Shown here in pieces: positions 1 to 9,014 of a stretch of 64,000 nucleotides of DNA. The notes beneath the pieces were generated by a model. The model was not told the DNA's origin. It ran no database searches and saw nothing but the letters and a program-made list of their open reading frames with translations. This DNA comes from Alphaproteobacteria bacterium. Lineage in GTDB: Bacteria; Pseudomonadota; Alphaproteobacteria; Bin95. The stretch's first letter is position 1; each line of letters starts with the position of its first letter. Location of the stretch: positions 640,001 to 704,000 of the forward strand of contig OZ219788.1 of the NCBI GenBank assembly GCA_964291285.2. Direction: 5' to 3'. Position numbers and translations under genes: made by a program.

Positions 1-446
1 ACGCCGCTGATCCAGTTGGGCGAGCCGACATGGTTCATGAAGCGCCGGCAGAGGCCGTGGTCGGACAGGCCGGTGGCGCCGCTCTGGCCGACCGCGAAGG
101 CTTCCGGCCCGTAGCGGTCGATCACCGCCCGGAGGCGCTCGGCGATGTCGTCCATCGCCTCGTCCCAGGTGACCCGCTGCCACTGGCCGTCGCCGCGCGC
201 GCCCACGCGCTTCAGCGGATAGAGGATGCGGTCGGGATGCGCGAAATGCTTCGGCGCATAGGCGCCCTTCATGCAGATCACGTCCTTGAGGATCGGGTGG
301 TCGCGCGTCGTGACCTTGACCACGCGCCCGTCCTCGACCTTGGCCGCGACCGGGCAGAACCCGTCGCAGCTCGTGCAGACCACGTTCTTGAGGACGCCGC
401 CGCTCCCGTTCCCGAACCTCTCCTGTCCTGACAAGCCGTCGGGCAT
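1..446 (-). CDS. Molybdopterin (Mo/W-bisPGD) oxidoreductase, acetylene hydratase-like, 5' part (runs off window start)
   Basis: Not in the ORF track; translated by hand from ATG at 446, with a GAGGAGG SD at ~452-459. MPDG...NVVCTSCDGFCPV...VICMKG...HPDRILYPLKRVGARGDGQWQRVTWDEAMDDIA...YGPEAF...RRFMNHVGSPNWISG: a CxxCxxxC...C [4Fe-4S] motif and the typical DMSO-reductase-family N-terminus. Confidence 0.85.
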   Translation of the reverse strand, partial: MPDGLSGQERFGNGSGGVLKNVVCTSCDGFCPVAAKVEDGRVVKVTTRDHPILKDVICMKGAYAPKHFAHPDRILYPLKRVGARGDGQWQRVTWDEAMDDIAERLRAVIDRYGPEAFAVGQSGATGLSDHGLCRRFMNHVGSPNWISG

Positions 447-598
447 CGCGCGCCTCCTCATGCGATCATGACTGCGGCCGGTCCACGGCCAATCTGCCAG
501 CCAAGCAGGAAAATTGCGCCGGGTCAACGGGTAAGCCAGGGAAAATTTTTAGTCGAACCGCGGGCTTTGTCTGAGTGATGTCGGTCTGGCTGCCGGTG

Positions 599-1014
599 TT
601 TGCCGTGAAAATTGTTGGGGATCGGGCGCAAAAAAAACCTCCCCGCCAAAGCACTGCTCCCGAGGCGTCCGATACTCGCCATCTGCGGCGCCCGTCTTGC
701 GGACCCTGACCGGTAGGCAACCCCGTAAAAGCCCGAAGTCCCGCCCGCGCGGCCGGCACCTGTTTTCATGATACGGGGTGGCCGACCCGCCCGACAATGA
801 AGGTTTTGCCGTGAAAATTGTTGGGGATCGGGCGCAAAAAAAACCTCCCCGCCAAAGCACTGCTCCCGAGGCGTCCGATACTCGCCATCTGCGGCGCCCG
901 TCTTGCGGACCCTGACCGGTAGGCAACCCCGTAAAAGCCCGAAGTCCCGCCCGCGCGGCCGGCACCTGTTTTCATGATACGGGGTGGCCGACCCGCCCGA
1001 CAATGAAGGTTTTG
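599..1014. repeat. 206-bp tandem direct repeat (2 copies) in the non-coding tail of the ISAs1 element
   Basis: TGCCGTGAAAATTGTTGGGGATCGGGCGC...GACAATGAAGGTTTTG starts at 601 and again at 807. Confidence 0.95.
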
Positions 1015-1151
1015 GGGAACCCCAGACGTTTCTGGCCGCCGTCATGGTGGTTTCTTGATGCCGCGGTCCAGTGTTTTCGTCCTCGACGGGCGCAGTTGTT
1101 TTGCTGCGCCGTTCTTCGGCCCGAGCCTGTATTGCGGTGGGGGGTGGGGTA

Positions 1152-2948
1152 TCAGCCTCTGGGCGCGATCATAATCGCGTCGAGGGCCTCTTGGGCGCGG
1201 GCGGCGTAGTGCCGGTTGGCCTCGGGTACATATCGGAAGCGTCCGTCGCAGCGCACGATAGCGATGGCCGCGTTGCTCAAGCAGGCCAGATTTCCGGGCA
1301 GGTGGCGCACATATGCCCGGCAACGGTCTTCGTCATAGGTGAAGTCACGCACATAGTGCACACGGTTCTCAATGTGCCAGTGGTTGCGCACCAGATCGAG
1401 AAGCTCCTTGGGGCCGGCTCGCTCTGCGCCAAGCGACGTCAGGCTCCAGGTGACCTCGATGCTGCGCTTGCCGGTTTTGAGCATCTTGCGCTCGCGTTCC
1501 ATGCGCATTGCCTGGCGGCGCCCGTGAAGGTGGGCGTAGCCGTCCCACTCGGCAGCGCAGAGGTCGACGACGGCGCAGCGTCGGCGCTCAATGCGACCAT
1601 GGCCCTTGTCGACGGTTTCGTGCCAGGGCGCATCGCTGAAGTCGATCGCCTTGAGGTCTTCGAGGATGGTCTGCTGGTTGCCCTTCACCGCGCTGACCAC
1701 GTAGTCGGCACGGCGTTCGAGCAGGCAACGCGCGGTCTCGTGCTGGGCGTGCATCGCATCGATGGTGACGATCCGGCCTGTGAGGTCGAGACCGCTGGAG
1801 AGTTCGCGCACGGCCGGGATTTCGTTGCTTTTGGAGCTGACTTCGACCTGCCCGAGGACCACGCCGGTGTCATGCGCCACCGCAGCGACCATCCTCCTGC
1901 GCCGGTCTTCGCTCTGCTTCGAGGCACCGCGCAAATCCTTTCCGTCCATGGCCACAGGCGCGTGCGCACTGCTGTGCTGTCCGGCCCACTGGCCGATGGC
2001 ATTGTCCAGGGTCTGTGGCGGCAGGGCGGCGAGGATGTTGTGGAAGGTGGTGACCGCCGGCGGCGTGTAGCACTGCCTGGATGGGCTCCAGAAGGCGCCC
2101 ACCGCCTTGAGTTGCTTCTGGGAGAGCAGGGCGGCGAACTGGGCGAAGGCGTTCACACCCCGGTATCCGGCAAGCCGGGCGGCAACGGCCAGCGTCAGAA
2201 TGGTGGTGAGCGCATAGCGCTTGCCCCGGGCATGGCGGTATTCGGGCACCTCGCCCAAACACTCGAACAGGCTGCGCAGCCGGGGCGCCGCCATCGGCTC
2301 GGTGTGCTGCTCAGCGTTCCAGTCTGCCGGTATCTCGGGATGGCTCAGCGCCTCGGGGGCGCCGTGTGTCAGTTCGAACACGAAGACCTCCTTGGGCTGG
2401 CCGTGGTGACGCCAGCGCGCCACCCCTCCGGGCTCGCGGGCAAAGCCGCGCGTCAGACCCAAAGAGCGCCAGTTGGCCGCGCGGTAGCAGGTGCCGGCGA
2501 AGCGCGAGACGTCCACAAACGTCTCCGCCACAACAGCCGGATAGCCATGCGCCGCCCGCAGGTCCTGCGACAGCCGCCGCACGCTCAGCCCCAGCACCCG
2601 CGAGGCAAGGTTGGGAACCCGCTCAGGCGTCAGGATGACAAAGCGCGAGTTGTTGGCAACCAGATGCAGGCGACGGAACTGCTGCTCCGCCGACCACCCG
2701 ATCCAGCGGTCCCGCGCTCCCACCTTGAACGCTCCAGGCTGCCAGCCAACCAGGGCAAGCCAGGCCTCGCCATGAACCGCGACATGGCGCAGACCCTTGC
2801 CGATGATGCCGTGGAACCGCAGATAGTGGTGCGCCGCTACCAAATCGTCCCAGCGCCGGTGCTCCCGTGCCCCCCAGGTCGGGCGCACCGTGACCGCGCG
2901 AAGATCAACCCAAACACCCGCAAACAGAAACCTCGCCATGACCGGCAC
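1152..2948 (-). CDS. ISAs1-family DDE transposase with N-terminal DUF4338 (DruA-like) domain
   Basis: N-terminus HHYL...RDRWIGW...ANNSRFVIL...NLASRVL...ETFVD...GTCYRAANW (DUF4338). Then RGKRYAL (H-repeat associated), AMDGKDLRG, SKSNEIPA, VTIDAMHAQ, RNHWHIEN...RDFTYDED (ISAs1 DDE). Confidence 0.9.
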   Translation of the reverse strand: MPVMARFLFAGVWVDLRAVTVRPTWGAREHRRWDDLVAAHHYLRFHGIIGKGLRHVAVHGEAWLALVGWQPGAFKVGARDRWIGWSAEQQFRRLHLVANNSRFVILTPERVPNLASRVLGLSVRRLSQDLRAAHGYPAVVAETFVDVSRFAGTCYRAANWRSLGLTRGFAREPGGVARWRHHGQPKEVFVFELTHGAPEALSHPEIPADWNAEQHTEPMAAPRLRSLFECLGEVPEYRHARGKRYALTTILTLAVAARLAGYRGVNAFAQFAALLSQKQLKAVGAFWSPSRQCYTPPAVTTFHNILAALPPQTLDNAIGQWAGQHSSAHAPVAMDGKDLRGASKQSEDRRRRMVAAVAHDTGVVLGQVEVSSKSNEIPAVRELSSGLDLTGRIVTIDAMHAQHETARCLLERRADYVVSAVKGNQQTILEDLKAIDFSDAPWHETVDKGHGRIERRRCAVVDLCAAEWDGYAHLHGRRQAMRMERERKMLKTGKRSIEVTWSLTSLGAERAGPKELLDLVRNHWHIENRVHYVRDFTYDEDRCRAYVRHLPGNLACLSNAAIAIVRCDGRFRYVPEANRHYAARAQEALDAIMIAPRG

Positions 2949-3045
2949 ACTGCCATATCAAGAAAAAAATAGCCACCCCGGACCCCACCTCAACATGGCC
3001 CAAAGGCAGACAATTAATTCGCCCTGCGGGTAAGCGAAACCGGCG

Positions 3046-3834
3046 TCAGGGCCAGACGGCGGGGAATTGCCCGCTGTCGAGCGGGTCGCCGTCGGCGAGC
3101 GCCGGGTTGCGCAGGTCGGCGTTCGGGCCGGGGCCGGCGAAATAGCTGCAGCCCTCGCCGCAATAGCGCACCGCATAGCCGCGCCGGCGCGTGTCGGAGG
3201 TCAGGTTCCCGCCCGCGCCGTGGACGGTCATGGCGTGGAAGGCGAGCGCGTCGCCCGGCTCCATGTCCCAGGAGAGGATGTCGTAGCCGCCGGCGTCGAT
3301 GTCCGGCATCGGCTCGTAACCCTCGCCGCGCTCGTATGCCGCGGCGCCCTTCGCGAAAGGCTCCGGCTGGAACCAGCGCTCCCAGCGGTGCGAGCCGGCG
3401 ACGAAGGAGAGCGCGCCGCTCTCGCGCGTCACCGGGTCGAGCGGCAGCCAGAAGGACATGACCGGCCAGCCGCGCACCGGCCAGTAGGGCTGGTCGTTGT
3501 GCCAGCGGGTCGGCTGCGGCGTGCCCGGCTCCTTCACGAACAGCTGGTCGTAGAAGAGGTTGAGCCGCCTGGCCCCCAGGAACCGCGCCGCGACCTCCCG
3601 GAGCGGGCCCTCGCAGCAGAAGGCGCGGAAGCCTTCATGCGTCTCCCAGATGCGGAGGTTGCCGTGGAAGCGCCCGGCGTCCGGCATGTAGCCGTTGAAG
3701 AAGGGGCCCGGCTCGGCGATGTCGCGCTCCACCGCGTCGGCCAGCACGTCCAGCCACGCGCCCGGCACGACGCCCTTCATCAGCACCGCGCCGTCGCGGT
3801 CGAAATCCGCCTGTTCGCGTTCCGTCGGGCGCAT
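3046..3834 (-). CDS. Phytanoyl-CoA dioxygenase (PhyH) family Fe(II)/2-oxoglutarate dioxygenase
   Basis: KEPGTPQPTRWHNDQPYW (HxD), GALSFVAGSH, MEPGDALAFHAMTVHGAGGN...RR. Confidence 0.9.
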   Translation of the reverse strand: MRPTEREQADFDRDGAVLMKGVVPGAWLDVLADAVERDIAEPGPFFNGYMPDAGRFHGNLRIWETHEGFRAFCCEGPLREVAARFLGARRLNLFYDQLFVKEPGTPQPTRWHNDQPYWPVRGWPVMSFWLPLDPVTRESGALSFVAGSHRWERWFQPEPFAKGAAAYERGEGYEPMPDIDAGGYDILSWDMEPGDALAFHAMTVHGAGGNLTSDTRRRGYAVRYCGEGCSYFAGPGPNADLRNPALADGDPLDSGQFPAVWP

Positions 3835-3931
3835 GGGGCTCCTCCCTTTCCGGCCGGTATCGCGGGCCGGGCGCTATACCACCCTTCGCGGGTCGGAGCC
3901 GGCGGCCGGCGGGACGGTGCGGCCGGTCCGG

Positions 3932-4261
3932 TCAGTTGCAGGGCGGGTTGGTGGAAAAGGCGCCGTTGCAAACGAACAGCTTCTTGACGTCATACCATTG
4001 CACCGACGTCTCGATCCATATCCTGGTGTTTGCCAGAAAGGTGGGTTTGCAATGGGCCCGGACCCTGCAGCCGCTTGTCCACGGAACGGAAATTTCGGCG
4101 TTGATGCAGAAATTGGCCTCTGCGGGAGACTTGTTCCACTCCTGGGTGCAGTGCTGAACGGTCGCGGAAACCTCCCGGCCCGGCAGGCAGGCCAGCGCAA
4201 GCGCCAGGACGGCAAACGGGAGCCTGAGGCGGCGAAGGGCTGCGGCTGGCGGGTTCGGCAT
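3932..4261 (-). CDS. Small secreted cysteine-rich protein (109 aa), unknown function
   Basis: ATG at 4261 with AGGAGGA SD. Signal-peptide-like RRLRLPFAVLALALACLPGREVSA, then a mature part with six Cys. AT-richer than flanks. Confidence 0.65.
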   Translation of the reverse strand: MPNPPAAALRRLRLPFAVLALALACLPGREVSATVQHCTQEWNKSPAEANFCINAEISVPWTSGCRVRAHCKPTFLANTRIWIETSVQWYDVKKLFVCNGAFSTNPPCN

Positions 4262-4570
4262 GGACTTCCTCCTGTCAGAAACGTCACGGCCTGCCCGACA
4301 TGGCCCGCTGCCGGGCGGGCCGAAAGAGCATGCCGATGACGATACATGTTTCAGGCGGCGCCCTCCACCGGCCCGGCGCCGGGTCGTTCGGGCGGTCCCC
4401 GCAGCGTCTCCGCCCCGGTCGTCCGCAAGGCATCGCAGCCTCCTTGCCGGTCCGCGGTCCCCGGCGCCCCCGTCGCCGGCGGCGCGTCCCTCGCCCGCGC
4501 ATAATGCGCGCCTGCCCGTGCGTGCGCGCCCGCCCGCGCGAGGCGGCGGGACCGGCCTCCCCACCGTGGA

Positions 4571-4640
4571 CGTCATGGAATGTCATGTTCTGTCATGAGA
4601 GACCCCTGCCGCATGTCATGAGATGTCATGTTTTGTCATG
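4571..4640. repeat. Two triplets of 10-bp-phased GTCATG motifs
   Basis: GTCATG at 4572, 4582, 4592 and 4615, 4625, 4635. Confidence 0.85.
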
Positions 4641-4644
4641 CGGC

Positions 4645-5214
4645 TGGAGTGGGCCCCTTGGGTCGGACAGTTTCAAGCGGCATTTTTTGACAGGGTTGCG
4701 ATGTTGTTTTTCCTCGAAGCGGTTTGGGCTCAGATATCCGAGCGCGGAGTGCAGGCGTCTGTGGTTGTAGCTGTCGATGAAGCGTGGCAGTTGCCTTGCG
4801 ACGTCTTCGGCGGTCTCGAAGGCCATGGGATAGACGCCCTCGACCTTCAGGGTTTTCATGAAGCTCTCCATCATGGCGTTGTCGTAGGGGTTGGCTCGTC
4901 GTCCCATGGAGCCGACCATCCCGTGTTTGTCGAGCCGGGTCCGGTAGGCATGGGCGGCGTATTGCGAGCCCCTGTCGGAGTGGTGGATGCAGCCGGGCTG
5001 AGGGCTTCGGTTCCCGATCGCCTTGTCGAGCGCCGCGAGCGTCAGGCGCGCGTCGATGCGTTGCCCGAGCGCGTAGCCGACAATGCGGCGCGACCAGGCG
5101 TCCATGACCGCCGCCAGATAGACGAAGCCGTCCAGGATGGCGATGTAGGTCAGGTCGGCGACCCAGAGCCGGTTCGGGCCCTCGACCTCGCAGTCCCGGG
5201 ACCGGTCCGGGAAG
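4645..5214 (-). pseudogene. IS3-family OrfB 3' fragment with right end; truncated by the IS21 element
   Basis: PNRLWVADLTYI...MDAWSRRIVG...IHHSDRGSQY...YDNAMMESFMKTLK...YNHRRLHSALGYLSP. Terminus TGGAGTGGGCCCC...GTCGGACA at 4645. The frame is cut at 5215, where the IS21 IR begins. Confidence 0.9.
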
Positions 5215-5274
5215 TGTTAGCGACGGTTACAGAGCGCGCCTATTCGCTGACATTTTTCGGCCGGTTGCGGTTTT

Positions 5275-6147
5275 TCAGTTGATCTGTTGGTCATCGGTTT
5301 CGATTGGTTCGCCGGCTCGGTCGCGGATGAGCATGTCGTTCCAGTCCCGGTTGTCGAGTGCGGGTCGCAGCCGGACGATTCTGGTGTCGTTGCGGGCGAG
5401 GCGCCTTGCGGCGTGATCGCCGTTTGTGGTGGCGTCGTATGCACAGAAGATGAGGCGCGGGTTCCATGCCTCGATCCATTTGGGGACTTTGGTGGCGACG
5501 GCGCCGGTGGAGACGGTGGCGCATTCGGTGCGTTTTACCGGGCCGAGGTGGAGGGAGAGGATGGAGAGTGCGTCGAGGGCGTTGCCGGCCAGGATGACGG
5601 CGTGTGGCCATTCGGTCTCCCAGGACATCCAGAAGCCGCCGCCCGCGGTCGTTTTGCGGTCAGCGGTGACGGTTTCGATGCCGGTAGCCTCGCCGGCGGC
5701 GTTTCGGCGGACGAACACGGGGTTGCCGTGAGGGTCGGCATGGACCAGGCCGAGGTCGCGGCACAGGGTGACGAGCGCGTCCGCGAGGCCGCGCCGCTCG
5801 ACGAGGTATCGCCGGAGGTTGGGCCAGCGGGGGTCCTTGGCCGGCGCCTGCCGGCGGCCGCCTGGGGGCATTGAGAGGTCGGACAGTTCGGCGAGGAAGT
5901 CGATGGCGTCCGGCGGGGTGCATCCGAGCGCATGGACCGCCAGTTCGATAGCCCCGGCTCCCTCCTCTGCGCGCAGATGGTCGTAGAACATGAAGCGGTT
6001 GATGGAGAGGACCGATCCTGGCCGTCTCCAGCGCACGGCATTGTCGGGATCGCTGCGGTAGCCGAGGGCTCGGGCGACGGGTTCGAGGGGATAGCCCCGC
6101 AGGCTCTCGGCCCGCACCCGCCGCTCGCGGGGGCGGGAGGGATGCAT
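5275..6147 (-). CDS. DUF3991/Toprim primase-like protein, catalytic acidic residues apparently degenerate
   Basis: GAGAIELAVHALGC...AIDFL (primase-like N-terminus), YLVERRGL...NPVFVRRN...TGIE (DUF3991-like), LAGNALDALS, CAYDATTNG, RLRP...DWNDML (Toprim). ATG lies 3 nt from the istB stop. Confidence 0.7.
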   Translation of the reverse strand: MHPSRPRERRVRAESLRGYPLEPVARALGYRSDPDNAVRWRRPGSVLSINRFMFYDHLRAEEGAGAIELAVHALGCTPPDAIDFLAELSDLSMPPGGRRQAPAKDPRWPNLRRYLVERRGLADALVTLCRDLGLVHADPHGNPVFVRRNAAGEATGIETVTADRKTTAGGGFWMSWETEWPHAVILAGNALDALSILSLHLGPVKRTECATVSTGAVATKVPKWIEAWNPRLIFCAYDATTNGDHAARRLARNDTRIVRLRPALDNRDWNDMLIRDRAGEPIETDDQQIN

Positions 6148-6149
6148 GG

Positions 6150-6944
6150 CTATGGCGACGGGACCGGGTTCGCCTTTCCAGTGCTTTGCCCGGCTTTCGG
6201 TCCGCGCCGGCGGCGGCGTTCGGCGCTGCGCTGCTTCTGACGTTCCTCGGCTTCCTTGCGGCGCCAGGAGTCGCCGTCGATGGCGACGATCTCGGCGTTG
6301 TGGACGAGCCGGTCGACGAGGGCGACCAGGCAGGCGGCGTTTGGGAAGGCCTCGCTCCACTCGGCGAAGGGGCGGTTCGTGGTGATTATGGTTGAGTTCT
6401 GCTGGCTGCGGCTTGAGACGATGTTGAACAGCAGGTCGGCGTGGCGGTTGGAGTAGGAGAGATATCCGACTTCGTCGATGACCAGCAGGTGCTGTCGGGC
6501 GTAGAAGCGCAGCCTGCGCTGGAGCAGGGTGTCGGAGTCGATGGCGGCGAGTTCGCCGAGCAGGCTGGCGGCGGTTGCGAAGCGCACGATGTGGCCTTCG
6601 AGGACGGCGCGGTGGGCGATATTGGCGGCGATGGTGGACTTTCCGACGCCGTTGGGTCCGACCAGTACGAGGTTTGCGGCCTCCTTGAGGAAGTCGAGGG
6701 TCATGAGGTCCTCGACGGCCATGCGGTCGCAGCGCCTTGGCCAGTCCCAGTCGAAGTCTGCGAGCGGCTTGAACTGTCCGAGGCGGGCGTCGGCGAGGCG
6801 GCGTTTGAGGCTTCGGGCGCGCTTCTCATCTTCTTCCCACGCGATCAGGGAGGCGAGCCAGTCGCGCTCCGCGACTTCGCCCCAATGGGCGAGGAGGCCG
6901 TGCAGGCCCAGCGCGCGGGCGCGGTTCATGAGGGTGTCGGTCAT
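6150..6944 (-). CDS. istB: IS21 helper ATPase IstB
   Basis: GPNGVGKS Walker A, LLVIDEVGY Walker B, TTNRPFAEW, DRLVHNAE...GDSWR. Confidence 0.95.
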   Translation of the reverse strand: MTDTLMNRARALGLHGLLAHWGEVAERDWLASLIAWEEDEKRARSLKRRLADARLGQFKPLADFDWDWPRRCDRMAVEDLMTLDFLKEAANLVLVGPNGVGKSTIAANIAHRAVLEGHIVRFATAASLLGELAAIDSDTLLQRRLRFYARQHLLVIDEVGYLSYSNRHADLLFNIVSSRSQQNSTIITTNRPFAEWSEAFPNAACLVALVDRLVHNAEIVAIDGDSWRRKEAEERQKQRSAERRRRRGPKAGQSTGKANPVPSP

Positions 6945-8446
6945 TCTTCGCTGTCCTTTTCATGGTAGCCGGCCAGCCCGTCGTATCCGCCGAGATCGTG
7001 ATCGCGCACGGCGATGTCGCGCACGCGCGGGTCCCTGGGCAGGTCGATGGGGATCGGCGGCGGCCTGTCCTGCAGTTCGCGCCGCCGTGTGAGGCTGAGG
7101 CGCACGGCATTGGGATGGGGGACGCCGCGTTCGAGGGCCTCGTCGATGGCGGCTTCGAGCTCGGCGGCGCCGTATTGGTCGAGCAGGCGCAGCAGGGCGG
7201 CGACGGTGGCGCCGATATAAGCGCCGCGGGGGGCGGCCTCGGCGATCAGGCGCTCGCTGTTGGGCGCGGCCTGGAGCAGCCGGCTCTGCCCGCGCAGGCT
7301 GCGGGCGTGACGCTTGCGCCTGACCAGCTCCTCAATGTGTTCGGGGTTCTCGATGCGGGCCGCCTTGTCGAAGCTGCGCGGATGGCGGGCGATGACCTCC
7401 ATGCCGTCGAGGATGCGCACCTCTTCCAGCGTCGCGGCCACGGTGAGGGTGCGCCGGACATGGGTATGCGGGACGCTGTAGTCATTGAGGTCGAACCTGG
7501 CATAGGGGGTCTTGGCGATCCTGACCTCGACCCTCTCGTCGACGGGGGGACGGTCGTCGGGCAGCGCCATCAGGGAGCCGCGCTCGCGCTCGAAGGCCTC
7601 GCTCACGGTGAGGGAGCGGTCGTCCGGCCAGGGGCGGTCGGCGGCGACGCCCTCGCACCACTCCCGGGCCTGGGCGTTGAGATCGTCGAGGTCACGCCAG
7701 GCGCGGGCGGCGAAGAAGCTGTCGCGCACATAGCGTATGGCCCGCTCGACGCGGCCCTTCTCGTTGCCTCGGGCGACCGCGACCGGCTTCGGCAGGAAGC
7801 GGTAGGCGCCTGCGAAGTCGAGAAGCCGGGGATTGAAGCGGATGGCGTCGCCGCGCCGCTCCAGCACGACGCTCTTCAGATTGTCGTACCAGAGCTCGCG
7901 GGGCACGCCCTGCCAAGCCTCGAAGGCCTCGACATGGCCGCGCAGGAAGTTGTCCATCCCGGCGTTGAGGTAGAAGCGCAGGAAGAGGCGGCGCGAGTGG
8001 CCGAGCACCATCACGAAGGCCATCAGCGGGCGCTCCGCACGCCCGATCCTCACCTTGCCGAAGTGGGCCCAGTCGACCTGGGCCTGCTCGCCGGGCAGGG
8101 CCTTGAGGCGCAGATAGGCCTCGGCCACCGGCCGCGGACGCCCGGGCGCGATCATGCGCCGGAAGTGGCTCTCGCACCCCCGGTAACCGCGCTCGACCGC
8201 CATCCGGTAGAGCCGGCTGGAGGGCAACTTCGGCCAGACCGCCAGGGTCTGGCGGACGAAGGGCAGGAACGGATCGATCATCGAAGATCTGCGCCGCTTC
8301 TCAGGCGTGGGCGCCCCGGCGGCCGCCACCGCGCGCTCGACCGTGCCGTGGTGGACGCCGAGCTGGCGCGCGATCGTGCCGATCCGCCACTTCTCGGCAA
8401 AATACAGCCGCAGGATCTCGGCCCGGGTCTGCTGGTCGATCGCCAT
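6941..8446 (-). CDS. istA: IS21 transposase IstA
   Basis: N-terminal HTH, PGEQAQVDWAHF, WYDNLKS, GNEKGRVERAIRYVR. 4-nt overlap with istB. Confidence 0.95.
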   Translation of the reverse strand: MAIDQQTRAEILRLYFAEKWRIGTIARQLGVHHGTVERAVAAAGAPTPEKRRRSSMIDPFLPFVRQTLAVWPKLPSSRLYRMAVERGYRGCESHFRRMIAPGRPRPVAEAYLRLKALPGEQAQVDWAHFGKVRIGRAERPLMAFVMVLGHSRRLFLRFYLNAGMDNFLRGHVEAFEAWQGVPRELWYDNLKSVVLERRGDAIRFNPRLLDFAGAYRFLPKPVAVARGNEKGRVERAIRYVRDSFFAARAWRDLDDLNAQAREWCEGVAADRPWPDDRSLTVSEAFERERGSLMALPDDRPPVDERVEVRIAKTPYARFDLNDYSVPHTHVRRTLTVAATLEEVRILDGMEVIARHPRSFDKAARIENPEHIEELVRRKRHARSLRGQSRLLQAAPNSERLIAEAAPRGAYIGATVAALLRLLDQYGAAELEAAIDEALERGVPHPNAVRLSLTRRRELQDRPPPIPIDLPRDPRVRDIAVRDHDLGGYDGLAGYHEKDSEE

Positions 8447-8447
8447 C

Positions 8448-8882
8448 TCACTCCCTTCGCGCCGGGCGCAGGCCCGGATAGACCGCCCGGGCGCAGAACC
8501 GCCCGCAGTGATCGCAGCGGAACACTCCGGCGGGACGGTCGGGTCCGAAGGGCCTCCTTCCCGAGCGCCCCGCCGGCATGCCCGCCACAACAGGACGGCG
8601 CGGTGAACGGGTCAAAGGGTGATGCGTCACTTTCTGCGCACGGCGCCCCTCCTCAGGCGCACGGACGCGACGGCGCTCGCGGTAGCGCCGCTGGCGTTCG
8701 GCATGCTTGTGACGGCCCCGCCGGCTGTTCTGGTAGCGACGCCCGGCAAGGCGCAGCGAGCGCCGCCGCGCCCGGCCGCTGCACGGACGCGAGCAGTAGA
8801 TGTTGCCGTGGTCGCACCGCCGGCACAGCACAACCTGGCGATGGCACGAAGCGCAGGTGAACAGGCGGGCGGCGTTCCTCAT
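8448..8882 (-). CDS. Small basic Cys-rich (putative Zn-binding) protein upstream of istA
   Basis: CASC...CRRCDHGNIYCSRPC...RRYQ...HAERQRRYR...KVTHH...CDHC. Stop codon lies 1 nt before the istA start. Confidence 0.65.
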   Translation of the reverse strand: MRNAARLFTCASCHRQVVLCRRCDHGNIYCSRPCSGRARRRSLRLAGRRYQNSRRGRHKHAERQRRYRERRRVRAPEEGRRAQKVTHHPLTRSPRRPVVAGMPAGRSGRRPFGPDRPAGVFRCDHCGRFCARAVYPGLRPARRE

Positions 8883-8969
8883 CGCAAAGACCGATGAGAA
8901 CGGGGTGGACCCACGCCCGAACGCCTACGATACTGCGCATACGGGCCGTGCCTTGCATGGCTCGGGGGG

Positions 8970-9014
8970 TGCGGCGCCGGTCGTTGCCACCTAGCAAACG
9001 GGGCCGGCGCCGCA
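8970..9014. promoter_or_regulatory. Strong hairpin in the IS21 operon leader
   Basis: Perfect 11-bp stem TGCGGCGCCGG/CCGGCGCCGCA plus inner CGTTGC/GCAAACG pairing. Confidence 0.4.

Larger units (their letters stand above)
537..3026 (-). mobile_element. ISAs1-family insertion sequence, complete
   Basis: Imperfect 18-bp terminal IRs: CAGGGAAAATTTTTAGTC (537-554) and the reverse complement of 3009-3026, CAGGGCGAATTAATTGTC. 9-bp direct repeat CGGGTAAGC at 528-536 and 3027-3035. Confidence 0.9.

Noticed and set aside
599-1014. Possible CRISPR array, and ORFs 466-1045
   Set aside because: Two long identical units with no spacers; the ORFs are just translations of the repeat with no protein features.
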